Positions 18,278 to 27,501 of a stretch of 32,000 nucleotides of DNA are shown here, piece by piece (the stretch's first letter is position 1; every line of letters begins with the position of its first letter). The notes beneath the pieces were generated by a model. The model had not been told where the DNA came from. It worked only from the letters and a program-made list of their open reading frames with translations, and did no database searches. Position numbers and translations under genes: made by a program. Origin of the DNA: Thermococcus camini (GTDB lineage: Archaea > Methanobacteriota_B > Thermococci > Thermococcales > Thermococcaceae); the NCBI RefSeq assembly GCF_904067545.1, contig NZ_LR881183.1, forward strand, positions 406,277 to 438,276, read 5' to 3'.

Positions 18278-18883
18278 ATGGCACACGGACCGAGGTATAG
18301 GGTTCCGTTCAGGAGAAGGAGAGAGGGTAAGACTAACTATCACAAGAGGCTCGCCCTCCTCAAGTCTGGAAAGCCCAGGCTTGTCGTGAGGAAGACCCTC
18401 AACCACCATGTCGCTCAGATAGTCCTCTACGACCCGAAGGGTGACAGGACTGTCGTTTCGGCTCACACCAGGGAGCTCATGAGGGACTTCGGCTGGAAGG
18501 GCCACGGCGGCAACACCCCGAGCGCCTACCTGCTCGGTCTCCTCATAGGCTACAGGGCCAAGAAGGCCGGCATCGAGGAGGCCATCCTTGACATAGGCCT
18601 CCACCCGCCGACCAGGGGTTCGAGCATCTTTGCCGTCCTCAAGGGAGCCGTTGACGCGGGACTGGACGTTCCGCACAGCGAGGAGATCTACCCCGAGGAC
18701 TACAGAATAAACGGCGAGCACATAGCGAACTACGCCAAGGCCCTTAAGGAGGAGGACGAGGCCCTCTACCGGAAGCAGTTCAGCGGCTACCTCGTCAAGG
18801 GCCTCGAGCCCGAGAAGCTCCCCGAGCACTTTGAGGATGTTAAGGCTAAGATAATCGAGAAGTTTGAGGGGGCGAGAGAATGA
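18278..18883 (+). CDS. rpl18: 50S ribosomal protein L18 (uL18)
   Basis: [43 protein letters not shown]... Confidence 0.96.
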   Translation: MAHGPRYRVPFRRRREGKTNYHKRLALLKSGKPRLVVRKTLNHHVAQIVLYDPKGDRTVVSAHTRELMRDFGWKGHGGNTPSAYLLGLLIGYRAKKAGIEEAILDIGLHPPTRGSSIFAVLKGAVDAGLDVPHSEEIYPEDYRINGEHIANYAKALKEEDEALYRKQFSGYLVKGLEPEKLPEHFEDVKAKIIEKFEGARE

Positions 18884-19587
18884 GCGACCCGAGAGAGATT
18901 ACTCAGCGCGTCCTTGAGGAGTGGGAGCCGAAGACCAAGCTCGGCAGGCTCGTCAAGGAGGGCCAGATAACTGACATTCACGAGATATTCCGCAAGGGCT
19001 ACCAGATCAAGGAGCCGGAGATAGTTGACGTCCTCCTCCCGGAGGTCAACATGAGGGAGAACCAGGAGGTTCTCGACATAGCCCTCACCGTCAGGATGAC
19101 CGACAGCGGCAGGAGGATCCGCTTCAGGGTTCTCGCCGCTGTGGGCAACAGGGACGGCTACGTCGGCCTCGGAATCGGCCACGGGAAGGAGGTTGGAATA
19201 GCCATCAGGAAGGCCATCAACTACGCCAAGATGAACATCATCGAGATCAAGCGCGGCTGTGGAAGCTGGGAGTGCAGGTGCAGGAGGCCGCACTCAATCC
19301 CGTTCGCCGTCGAGGGCAAGGAAGGAAGCGTCCGCGTCAAGCTCATGCCGGGACCGCGTGGCCTTGGTCTTGTCATAGGTGACGTCGGCAAGAAGATACT
19401 CAGTTTAGCGGGCGTCCAGGACGTCTGGTCCCAGACCCTCGGTGAGACGAGGACCACCGTCAACTTCGCCAAGGCGGTCTTCAACGCGCTCTACAACACC
19501 AACAGCGTCGCCATCAAGCCGGAGGACATCGAGCGCTACGGCATAATCGTCGGAAGGGAGATGTCAGCAAACTTCCAGGTTGAGTGA
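18880..19587 (+). CDS. rps5: 30S ribosomal protein S5 (uS5)
   Basis: [37 protein letters not shown]...; ATGA overlap with rpl18. Confidence 0.96.
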   Translation: MSDPREITQRVLEEWEPKTKLGRLVKEGQITDIHEIFRKGYQIKEPEIVDVLLPEVNMRENQEVLDIALTVRMTDSGRRIRFRVLAAVGNRDGYVGLGIGHGKEVGIAIRKAINYAKMNIIEIKRGCGSWECRCRRPHSIPFAVEGKEGSVRVKLMPGPRGLGLVIGDVGKKILSLAGVQDVWSQTLGETRTTVNFAKAVFNALYNTNSVAIKPEDIERYGIIVGREMSANFQVE

Positions 19588-19598
19588 GGTGAGAAAAG

Positions 19599-20066
19599 AT
19601 GGCTAAGTTAGCGCTCATCAGGCTTAGGAGCGGGATAAGGGCGAAGGGTGAGGTCAGGGACACCCTCGCCATGCTCCGCCTCCACAGGATCAACCACCTC
19701 GTCATCGTTGACGACAACCCGAGCTACAAGGGAATGGTTCAGAAGGTCAAGGACTACATCACCTGGGGAGAGATTGACGCCGAGACCCTTGCGGAGCTCC
19801 TCAGGAAGAGGGGCAGGCTCATCGGCAACAAGCCTGTTACCGACGAGTACGTTCAGGAGAAGCTCGGAATGAGCATCGAGGAGTTCGCCAAGAAGGTTGT
19901 CGATGGCGAGATGAAGCTCACGGACCTCCCGAGCATCAAGCCCGTCTTCAGGCTCCACCCACCGAGGGGCGGCCTCAAGGGCGGCAAGAAGCGCACCTTC
20001 AAAGAGGGCGGAGCGCTCGGCTACCGCGGCGAGAAGATAAACGAACTCATTGAGAGAATGCTCTGA
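19599..20066 (+). CDS. rpl30: 50S ribosomal protein L30 (uL30)
   Basis: [37 protein letters not shown]... Confidence 0.96.
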   Translation: MAKLALIRLRSGIRAKGEVRDTLAMLRLHRINHLVIVDDNPSYKGMVQKVKDYITWGEIDAETLAELLRKRGRLIGNKPVTDEYVQEKLGMSIEEFAKKVVDGEMKLTDLPSIKPVFRLHPPRGGLKGGKKRTFKEGGALGYRGEKINELIERML

Positions 20067-20077
20067 GGTGGCGAGAG

Positions 20078-20524
20078 ATGATAAGGAGGAAGAAGAAGGT
20101 TAGGAAGCTCCGCGGAAGTCACACTCACGGATGGGGCTGCAAGAAGAAGCACCGCGGCGGCGGCAGCAAGGGCGGTAAGGGAATGGCCGGAACCGGAAAG
20201 AGGAAGAACACCAAGTGGACCTGGGTCATCAAGTACGCCCCGGACCACCTTGGAAAGCGCGGCTTCCACAGGCCCAAGGCCGTCCAGTACACCCCGAATA
20301 CAATAAACCTCAGCGACATAGACGAGAACCTCACCCTCTTCCTTGACATGGGCGTCGCCTATGAGGAGGAGGGGAAGGTCATAGTTGACACCACCCAGCT
20401 CGGTGTTGACAAGGTTCTCGGAACCGGCAGGCTCAGCAGGCCCCTCGTTGTTAAGGCCTACTACGTTACCCCGAAGGCCGAGGAGAAGATCAAGGCCGCT
20501 GGCGGCGAGGTTCTCCTCGCCTGA
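20078..20524 (+). CDS. rpl15: 50S ribosomal protein L15 (uL15)
   Basis: [43 protein letters not shown]... Confidence 0.96.
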   Translation: MIRRKKKVRKLRGSHTHGWGCKKKHRGGGSKGGKGMAGTGKRKNTKWTWVIKYAPDHLGKRGFHRPKAVQYTPNTINLSDIDENLTLFLDMGVAYEEEGKVIVDTTQLGVDKVLGTGRLSRPLVVKAYYVTPKAEEKIKAAGGEVLLA

Positions 20525-20559
20525 TTCCCCTTTAATTTAACTTTTGGCGGGTGTTAATC

Positions 20560-22005
20560 ATGGGGTTCAGAAACGTAGTGTTCGCGATTGAAAGGTACTT
20601 CCCCGAGGTTGAGCGGCCCAAGAGGCACGTGCCGCTCAAGGAAAAGTTCATGTGGACAGGGATCGTTCTGCTGCTGTACTTCGTCCTCGCGGAGATTCCC
20701 CTCTATGGAATCCCGGCACAGATTCAGGACTACTTTGCCACGCTCAGATTCGTGCTCGCAGGAAGGAGCGGTTCCCTCCTGACCCTTGGTATCGGTCCAA
20801 TCGTCACCGCGAGCATTATCATGCAGCTTCTCGTCGGTTCCGAGATAGTTCACCTCGATCTCTCAAATCATGAGGATAGGAGATTCTACCAGGCCGCTCA
20901 GAAGCTCTTTGCCGTGTTTATGAGCTTCTTCGAGGCCGCCATATACGTATTCGCAGGTGCGTTTGGTAAGGTTGACATGGGACTCGGAGCGTTCCAGACA
21001 GTCACGACACCCGCCGGACAGGTTTACATAGGCCTGGGTCTTGGGATACTCATAATACTCCAGCTTGGCTTTGCCTCCGTCATGCTCATACTCCTAGACG
21101 AGCTCGTCAGCAAGTGGGGAATAGGAAGCGGTATCAGTCTCTTCATCGCCGCGGGTGTTTCCCAGACCGTCGTCACCAAGTCTCTCAACCCGTTCACCAC
21201 CAGCCAGTACATGGATCCAGTTACCGGGGGCCCCGCCATAATCGGTGCCATCCCAGCGTTCATACAGCACCTATTTTACGGGGACCTGACCGGCGCGCTG
21301 TACAGAGGCACCCTGCCGGACATGATGGACGTCTTTGCCACCATCGTGGTGTTCCTCGTGGTCGTCTACCTCGAGAGCATGCGCGTTGAGATACCGCTCA
21401 GCTACGGTCGCGTCACCGTCCGCGGAAGGTACCCGATAAGGTTCATGTACGTCAGCAACATACCGATCATCCTCACCTTTGCCCTCTACTCCAATATCCA
21501 GCTCTGGGCCAGGCTCCTCAACAACTACGGCTACACCTTCCTCGGAACGTTTGATGAGAACGGATACCCCCTGACTGGCTTCGTCACCTACCTCTATCCG
21601 CCGAGGGACATCTACCACGTCATAGCCGACCCCGGAAGGGCCCTCGTCTACGCGCTGATGACGATATTCTGGGCCATACTCTTTGGATTCCTGTGGGTCG
21701 AGCTGACGGGTCTTGACGCCAAGAGCATCGCCAGACAGCTTCAGAGGGCAGGGCTGCAGATACCGGGGTTCAGGCGCGACCCGAGGATACTTGAGAGGGT
21801 TCTCAACAGGTACATTCCCTACGTTACCTTCTGGGGTTCGTTCACGCTGGCTCTAGTTGCGGTGCTGGCGGACTTCCTGGGTGCCCTCGGTACCGGAACG
21901 GGAATCCTCCTTACGGTCGGTATCCTCTACAGGCTCTACGAGGAGGTCGCAAGGGAGCAGGCCACGGAGATGTTCCCCGCACTCAGAAAGTTCTTTACAA
22001 AGTGA
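20560..22005 (+). CDS. secY: Preprotein translocase subunit SecY
   Basis: [50 protein letters not shown]..., 10-TM pattern, position after rpl15. ATG 20560 follows GGCGGGTG. The track ORF starts 9 nt upstream. Confidence 0.95.
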   Translation: MGFRNVVFAIERYFPEVERPKRHVPLKEKFMWTGIVLLLYFVLAEIPLYGIPAQIQDYFATLRFVLAGRSGSLLTLGIGPIVTASIIMQLLVGSEIVHLDLSNHEDRRFYQAAQKLFAVFMSFFEAAIYVFAGAFGKVDMGLGAFQTVTTPAGQVYIGLGLGILIILQLGFASVMLILLDELVSKWGIGSGISLFIAAGVSQTVVTKSLNPFTTSQYMDPVTGGPAIIGAIPAFIQHLFYGDLTGALYRGTLPDMMDVFATIVVFLVVVYLESMRVEIPLSYGRVTVRGRYPIRFMYVSNIPIILTFALYSNIQLWARLLNNYGYTFLGTFDENGYPLTGFVTYLYPPRDIYHVIADPGRALVYALMTIFWAILFGFLWVELTGLDAKSIARQLQRAGLQIPGFRRDPRILERVLNRYIPYVTFWGSFTLALVAVLADFLGALGTGTGILLTVGILYRLYEEVAREQATEMFPALRKFFTK

Positions 22006-22023
22006 GGCCTTTCTTTTCTTTCA

Positions 22024-22038
22024 CAAAACCTTTTAAAC
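22024..22038 (+). promoter_or_regulatory. BRE/TATA promoter (CAAAACC-TTTTAAAC) for adk and downstream genes, following T-rich secY terminator tracts
   Basis: The oligo-T tracts cctttcttttctttc (22009-22022) are followed directly by a BRE/TATA-like motif ~45 nt upstream of ATG 22082. Confidence 0.4.
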
Positions 22039-22081
22039 TCGGTTCTGTTACTTTCTCCAGAAACCTTCCTGGGTGAGCGTG

Positions 22082-22672
22082 ATGCCGTTTGTGGTCATGA
22101 TAACAGGAATTCCAGGGGTGGGGAAGAGCACTATAACCAAGCTCGCACTCAAGAAGTCCCGGGCCAAGTTCAGGCTCGTCAACTTCGGGGACCTGATGTT
22201 CGACGAAGCTGTTAGGACAGGACTGGTGAGGCACAGGGATGAGATGAGGAAGCTCGACCCGAACGTCCAGAAGGAACTTCAGATGAAGGCCGCGAGAAGG
22301 ATAGTCGAGATGTCCCAGCGCGAGCCGGTCCTGATCGACACCCATGCGACGATAAGGACTCCTGTGGGCTACCTCCTCGGTTTTCCCAGGGAGGTTATTG
22401 AGGTCATAAACCCCAACTTCATCGTCATAATTGAGGCGGCACCGAGCGAGATACTTGGAAGGCGCCTGCGTGACCTGAAGCGCGACCGTGACGTGGAAAC
22501 TGAGGAGCAGATACAGAGGCACCAGGACCTGAACCGCGCCGCCGCGGTCAGCTACGCTATGCACTCCAACGCGCTCATAAAGATAATAGAGAATCATGAG
22601 GATAAGGGCCTCCAGGAGGCCGTTCACGAGCTTGTTGAAGTACTGGATCTGGCGGTGGGAGAGTATGATTGA
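22082..22672 (+). CDS. adkA: Archaeal-type adenylate kinase (AdkA)
   Basis: [23 protein letters not shown] (P-loop)...[19 protein letters not shown]..., typical of the archaeal AdkA family. Lies in the secY-adk position. Confidence 0.93.
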   Translation: MPFVVMITGIPGVGKSTITKLALKKSRAKFRLVNFGDLMFDEAVRTGLVRHRDEMRKLDPNVQKELQMKAARRIVEMSQREPVLIDTHATIRTPVGYLLGFPREVIEVINPNFIVIIEAAPSEILGRRLRDLKRDRDVETEEQIQRHQDLNRAAAVSYAMHSNALIKIIENHEDKGLQEAVHELVEVLDLAVGEYD

Positions 22673-23192
22673 GGAGATATACACGTTCCTTGACAGCATC
22701 TTTGGGCCGATGATACAGGCTTACCATCCGATATGGGTGGTCACGGTATCTGGAATCATACTGGGTTCCTTCTTCACCCTGCTGAACTATCTCCTTGTTG
22801 ATCAGGAAAAGATGAAGCGCCTTCAAAAGAAGAGCAAGGAGTTCCAGAAGAAGTACAAGGAAGCCCAGGCTGCGAAGGATGAGAAGAAGCTCAAGAAGCT
22901 TCAGCAGGAGCAGATGGAGCTTATGAAGCTCCAGAGCGAGGTCATGAAGGACCAGATGTTCAAGGTTACCCTCCTGACGCTGCCGATATTCTGGATATTC
23001 TTCGGCTGGCTCAGAAGGTGGTACGTTGAGGTCGGTATCGTGAAGTCACCCTTCGACTTTTTCCTCTTCGGCTGGTTCCACGGCCTCTACCACTCGGGGC
23101 TTCCGGCCAGCGAGCTCGGTTACATCGGATGGTACGTTCTAACGTCCATGATAACCGGCTACGTCCTCAGGAAGCTCCTCGATATGGGTTAA
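22665..23192 (+). CDS. DUF106-family membrane protein (Oxa1/YidC/EMC3-like archaeal insertase homologue)
   Basis: [68 protein letters not shown].... The layout is TM1, then a lysine-rich coiled coil, then TM2/TM3, as in the MJ0480 family. ATG 22665 overlaps the adk end by 8 nt. The track ORF extends spuriously upstream. Confidence 0.8.
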   Translation: MIEEIYTFLDSIFGPMIQAYHPIWVVTVSGIILGSFFTLLNYLLVDQEKMKRLQKKSKEFQKKYKEAQAAKDEKKLKKLQQEQMELMKLQSEVMKDQMFKVTLLTLPIFWIFFGWLRRWYVEVGIVKSPFDFFLFGWFHGLYHSGLPASELGYIGWYVLTSMITGYVLRKLLDMG

Positions 23193-23234
23193 ATTTAAAA
23201 ACGATTCCCTGAAAGGAAAGGCGAGGTGAGAAGA

Positions 23235-23507
23235 ATGAAGCCGATGTACAGGTCAAGGTCATGGAGAAGGAAGTACGTCAGGACCCCTGGCGGAAGGACC
23301 GTCGTCCACTTTGAGAGGAGGAAGCCCAAGGTCGCCCACTGCGCCATGTGCGGCAGGCCGCTCAACGGTTTCCCGCGCGGCAGGCCCAGCGAACTCAGAA
23401 AGCTTCCGAAGACCGCCAAGAGGCCGGAGAGGCCCTACGCCAACCTCTGCCCGAGCTGCATGAGGAAGGTCATGAAGGCCCAGGTCAGGGCGGGCGTTGC
23501 CCTCTGA
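23235..23507 (+). CDS. rpl34e: 50S ribosomal protein L34e (eL34)
   Basis: [45 protein letters not shown]... Confidence 0.94.
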   Translation: MKPMYRSRSWRRKYVRTPGGRTVVHFERRKPKVAHCAMCGRPLNGFPRGRPSELRKLPKTAKRPERPYANLCPSCMRKVMKAQVRAGVAL

Positions 23508-23526
23508 TTTCGGATGAGGTGCTAAC

Positions 23527-24108
23527 ATGCCAAAGGGCTGCCTCGTGATAACCGTCAGCGGCCTGGCAGGCTCGGGAACGACCACCCTCTGCCGCAATCT
23601 CGCTAGGCACTACGGATTCAAACATATCTACGCTGGACTCATCTTCCGGCAGATGGCGAAGGAGATGGGCATGACTCTGAAGGAGTTTCAGGAGTACGCC
23701 GAGCTTCACCCCGAGATCGACCGCGAGGTTGACAGGAGGCAGGTGGAGGCAGCCAAGGAGTGCAACGTCGTTATTGAGGGCCGCCTCGCCGGCTGGATGG
23801 TCAAGGAGGCAGACCTCAAGATATGGCTTGACGCCCCCATGATGGAGCGTGCAAGGCGCGTTGCCCGCCGTGAGGGAGTCTCCGTTGAGGAGGCCTTTGT
23901 GGGAATTGCCGAGCGCGAGAAGGGCAACAGGAAAAGGTATTTAAACCTCTATGGAATTGACATCGACGACAAGTCGATTTATGACTTGATCATAAATACC
24001 GCCCATTGGAATCCCGATGGCGTCTTCGCGATTGTGAAGGCCGCCATCGACCACCTATACCCCGACGGTGACGCGGGGTCGGGTGCAAACCCGGGCAACA
24101 AAAAATGA
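23527..24108 (+). CDS. cmk: Archaeal cytidylate kinase
   Basis: ...VITVSGLAGSGTTTLCRNLARHYGFKHIYAGLIFRQMAKE...VIEGRLAGW... has a P-loop. Conserved position between rpl34e and rpl14e. Confidence 0.92.
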   Translation: MPKGCLVITVSGLAGSGTTTLCRNLARHYGFKHIYAGLIFRQMAKEMGMTLKEFQEYAELHPEIDREVDRRQVEAAKECNVVIEGRLAGWMVKEADLKIWLDAPMMERARRVARREGVSVEEAFVGIAEREKGNRKRYLNLYGIDIDDKSIYDLIINTAHWNPDGVFAIVKAAIDHLYPDGDAGSGANPGNKK

Positions 24109-24121
24109 GGAGGTGGGATGA

Positions 24122-24373
24122 ATGCCAGCTATGGAAGTCGGAAGGCTTGCCGTTATAATCGCCGGAAGGAGGGCCGGAGAGAAGGTCGTCGTCGTTGACG
24201 TCATCGACAGGAACTTCGTCCTCGTTACCGGCGCTGGCCTCAACAAGGTCAAGCGCAGGAGGATGAACGTCAAGCACCTCGAGCCCCTTCCGGAGAAGGT
24301 CAGCATCGAGCGCGGCGCCGACGACGAGGCCGTCAAGGCCGCCCTCGAGCAGGCTGGAATCAGCCTTGAGTGA
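24122..24373 (+). CDS. rpl14e: 50S ribosomal protein L14e (eL14)
   Basis: [55 protein letters not shown]... (KOW-like). Confidence 0.95.
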   Translation: MPAMEVGRLAVIIAGRRAGEKVVVVDVIDRNFVLVTGAGLNKVKRRRMNVKHLEPLPEKVSIERGADDEAVKAALEQAGISLE

Positions 24374-24414
24374 TGCCCTTTTGTCTCTTTTTGATTCTCT
24401 TTTGTTCTCATTTG
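24374..24414 (+). terminator. Oligo-T terminator region after rpl14e (convergent junction with the NTPase gene)
   Basis: T4 (24379-24382), T5 (24388-24392), T4 (24400-24403) and T3 (24411-24413) on the + strand, consistent with archaeal oligo-T termination. The minus strand here is A-rich, so the NTPase gene has no equivalent signal. Confidence 0.45.
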
Positions 24415-27405
24415 TTAATACGTTAAGAAGAACATTTTAATTATAGAGTTCGTATCGATTTTATCATGTTTCATATTCTCGAAGATATTCTTAAGAAGAA
24501 TGGCACGGAGAATTTGGTCGTTTTTCTTATATTCCTTTATTGCTTTATAAATAACAACGGCGAGATCTGGATATGTGAGTTGTAGATAACTTCCTTTATA
24601 TAAATCTTCAATTTTATCTAATGCCATTGATGCGGCAATAAACTCCAAGACTATTTGAAAGTCGTGTTGACTTATTGGGACTGAATCTATAATTTGAAGA
24701 TAGGCTTCTTTGTATTTTCTCTCTAGTATATCCAGTAAAATGTGTATTTCGTTATATACAAAAGGAAATGTATCCCTTAAGATTAACTCTAGTTCTTTTA
24801 TGGAGTTCATAACACTTTTGGATATTTTAATGTTAAGTTTCAGTATCCTGTCTGAATAATATTTGACAAAAATTATCTCAGCAATTAGTGTCATTGTGTT
24901 CTCCGGAGGTAACATTAGTAGATATTCTTTAATTATTGGAGCGAATTCTATAAATTCTTTTACACTTTCATAGTTCAAACCATTTTTTATCACATTTATT
25001 CTCATGGAAAGATCATGCAATAATATCCAGTTTAATACTCTCTTTCCAGATGCGTTAAACTCTTTCTTCGAATATTTTAAAGCTAGAGATACATATTTTC
25101 TCGCTTCTTCGATATTTCCCAGAAACAGGAAAGCGAATGCAAGGGTGTAATAAGTTAGTCTAAAGCTACCAAAGATCCTCAATTCAAGCAATTGTTTTAT
25201 TCTTTTTTGTTTGTCTTCTTTGTTATCCCGTATGAAAACAGTGCTAAAGAGAGCGTTAACATCTTTGTCATTCTGTAGAAGTTCAAAATTGGCCTCTAAT
25301 TCATTTAAAAGTTTTTCAGCGTTCCTTAAAAATTGTATATTCTCTTTGGTAGCTTCACTGGTTAATGGTATAGGTGAGAAGGTAAATATCTCTCCAAGCT
25401 TGAGATACAGCTCCATCTTGGCATATTTATCAAACCATGTATCTCCTAAGATTCTTATGCTCTCTATCACTTGCTCTATTTTTCTGCTCATCATGTGCCT
25501 CTCTTTCTTCAAAAATGGGCTGTAGACCTTCTTTCTTATGGTGTTTACCTTAGTAGCTATTGTAAGAAACCTTACTATGTTATTGTCGGGTAACTCTTTG
25601 GTGAGTTCTCTTAAAATAGTGGAAATTTTATGATCTACTTCCTCAATAACATAGGGATTCAAAGCTGAACTATCACTATATTGCCATAAAAATGACAATA
25701 ATCTTAATTTGTCTTCTTGAGTTAGGGCAGAGACTCCACCTGTTTTTGAGAGTATATTAAATATAGCAATTGTAACTTCATATATGATTGGGGACTGACT
25801 ATTGGCTACTTGGATTCCTGCGTTTATTATCAATGTGAATGTAACTTCAAGTTCATAGTTATCTACTAATTCAAGAATTTTGAGAATACTAATTAATCCG
25901 TTCTCTGAGTATTCTGAAGTACTGTTTATAGCCTCTAGCATAAGATTTACAAACCTTGAAATCTCTGTTCGTATGGCATCATTCCTTATGAGATACGGTA
26001 TGAACGTTCTAAGATGAGAATATAGCTCAGTTAGATCGTATATCTCATCAACAATTTGTCTATCATGATCATTTAGTGAACCAACATATACATAGCCGTT
26101 AAGATGTACGATATCCTCGCTAAATATAAGATCTGTTAATTTATTTTTGCCCTGATCCCCATAAACTAGTCTCCCCAATATTTCTAGGATTGATTTTTCA
26201 AGAGGAGTCAGTAAAAGGGGTATTACTAGTTTGTTTCTCTTACTAAGCTCTTTATATATGAACTCGTTTGACTTAATCAGTCCCTTAAGATTATACATAA
26301 TCTGGTCCTGATTTTTGGATGCAACATCTAAGGGGTAATACACCCGATCTGCTTGAGGAAGGTTATCAAGGAGGTCATCAATGTTTACTTTGAGATTAGT
26401 GGATACTTTTGCGAGCATAACAGCAAACCCCGGGAGTCCCGAAGTAAGTGCTTTTAATTTTTCGCCATAGTTCGGATCTATATTAATTCCATTTGAGTGG
26501 ATAATATCTAAGAATTTTTTGCTATCAATAATCGGGCCGATGAATATGACTTGTTCCGAACTTTCAATGAGAGTGTGTTCACTAAGAATGCTTCTTACAT
26601 ACTCAGGAGAATTTAGGGTAAATTGTTTTCCCTCATTTGCTAACTTTTCTATGGGAATTCTGTTAACTATAATTACCCTACTTCCTAGATTTGAGAGTTC
26701 AGTAATTAATTTGGATAGCACATTTCGCTCGGATAGAGAGTAGTCCATATAGTCGTCGATTAAAAACACAAATTTTGAAGCTTTAGATTTTACTTTTGAA
26801 TCCTTGTAGGAGGTATATAGTTCTCTGCCTGTCTTCCATATGTTTCCTATTGCCGATATTCCTTCAAAAATTGTCATTCCAATTACTATAGACTGAGTTA
26901 TATCCAGGATTTTATCAAATGGCTCTTTCTCTATAATGGACTTTAGCTTAATTGAGATGTGCTGAAGATTCACGCCTCTTATCCCGATTATCTCTAGCAG
27001 AGTTTTTATTGAGTTGTCAACTGTGTTGACGTATTCCTCTATGTTTGAAACATTAGAGATGATATCCGTAATTTTTTCTAGAATTCCTTGAGAAGTGGCA
27101 GCCTCTACAACCTGCAAGACAAGAGACCTTTCGCTCTCAGAGATCATCTTGATTGGAACTAACGGCATGTAAAATGGATTTCCATGGTTATCAACAATCT
27201 TCTTTAATTGAGGTTGGGCAGAATAATGTCTGGGAGACAATATTATAGGTATATACCCTTCTTCTCTTGCCATTTTCATGGCTATATATCGTGCCAGAGT
27301 ACTCTTGCCACTTCCAGGTAATCCGAGTATCATGACTGGGTTTCCTTCTTTTAGTTGTTTCAGGATGTGTTCCTCTTTCCCAGTAACCACGTATCGTTGC
27401 ATCAT
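24415..27405 (-). CDS. 996-aa NB-ARC-like STAND P-loop NTPase with a long C-terminal helical (TPR-like) region; strongly AT-rich
   Basis: Motifs occur in NB-ARC order: Walker A GLPGSGKST (res 28-36, nt 27298-27324), Walker B FVFLIDDY (res 212-219, nt 26749-26772), GSRVIIVNR (res 241-249), VIFIGPIIDSKKFLDII, and SGLPGFAVMLA (res 322-332, GLPLA-like). About 650 aa of helical repeat-like sequence follows (e.g. YYTLAFAFLFLGNIEEARKYVSLALKY). Codons are overwhelmingly A/T-ending, unlike all neighbouring genes. Confidence 0.8.
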   Translation of the reverse strand: MMQRYVVTGKEEHILKQLKEGNPVMILGLPGSGKSTLARYIAMKMAREEGYIPIILSPRHYSAQPQLKKIVDNHGNPFYMPLVPIKMISESERSLVLQVVEAATSQGILEKITDIISNVSNIEEYVNTVDNSIKTLLEIIGIRGVNLQHISIKLKSIIEKEPFDKILDITQSIVIGMTIFEGISAIGNIWKTGRELYTSYKDSKVKSKASKFVFLIDDYMDYSLSERNVLSKLITELSNLGSRVIIVNRIPIEKLANEGKQFTLNSPEYVRSILSEHTLIESSEQVIFIGPIIDSKKFLDIIHSNGINIDPNYGEKLKALTSGLPGFAVMLAKVSTNLKVNIDDLLDNLPQADRVYYPLDVASKNQDQIMYNLKGLIKSNEFIYKELSKRNKLVIPLLLTPLEKSILEILGRLVYGDQGKNKLTDLIFSEDIVHLNGYVYVGSLNDHDRQIVDEIYDLTELYSHLRTFIPYLIRNDAIRTEISRFVNLMLEAINSTSEYSENGLISILKILELVDNYELEVTFTLIINAGIQVANSQSPIIYEVTIAIFNILSKTGGVSALTQEDKLRLLSFLWQYSDSSALNPYVIEEVDHKISTILRELTKELPDNNIVRFLTIATKVNTIRKKVYSPFLKKERHMMSRKIEQVIESIRILGDTWFDKYAKMELYLKLGEIFTFSPIPLTSEATKENIQFLRNAEKLLNELEANFELLQNDKDVNALFSTVFIRDNKEDKQKRIKQLLELRIFGSFRLTYYTLAFAFLFLGNIEEARKYVSLALKYSKKEFNASGKRVLNWILLHDLSMRINVIKNGLNYESVKEFIEFAPIIKEYLLMLPPENTMTLIAEIIFVKYYSDRILKLNIKISKSVMNSIKELELILRDTFPFVYNEIHILLDILERKYKEAYLQIIDSVPISQHDFQIVLEFIAASMALDKIEDLYKGSYLQLTYPDLAVVIYKAIKEYKKNDQILRAILLKNIFENMKHDKIDTNSIIKMFFLTY

Positions 27406-27428
27406 ACTGGCTTACACTAGGTATGCGT

Positions 27429-27474
27429 AAGTTTAAATACTTTTTGTGTAGCTACCTAGTCAATATTTAAACTT
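27429..27474. promoter_or_regulatory. Divergent promoter/operator: inverted 11-nt TATA-containing arms AAGTTTAAATA / TATTTAAACTT centred on the palindrome GTAGCTAC
   Basis: The arms are at 27429-27439 and 27464-27474. The central GTAGCTAC at 27448-27455 shares their symmetry axis (27451/27452). The element lies between the NTPase start (27405, minus) and the SDR start (27502, plus). Confidence 0.5.
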
Positions 27475-27501
27475 GCTACTAAAATTATCGTGGGTGATAA
27501 A

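Noticed and set aside
25211-26743. Plus-strand ORFs 25211..25525 and 26519..26743 inside the NTPase gene.
   Set aside because: They lie antisense to a 996-codon uninterrupted ORF with clear NTPase motifs. The translations are Ser/Leu/Phe-rich low complexity, typical of AT-rich antisense frames.
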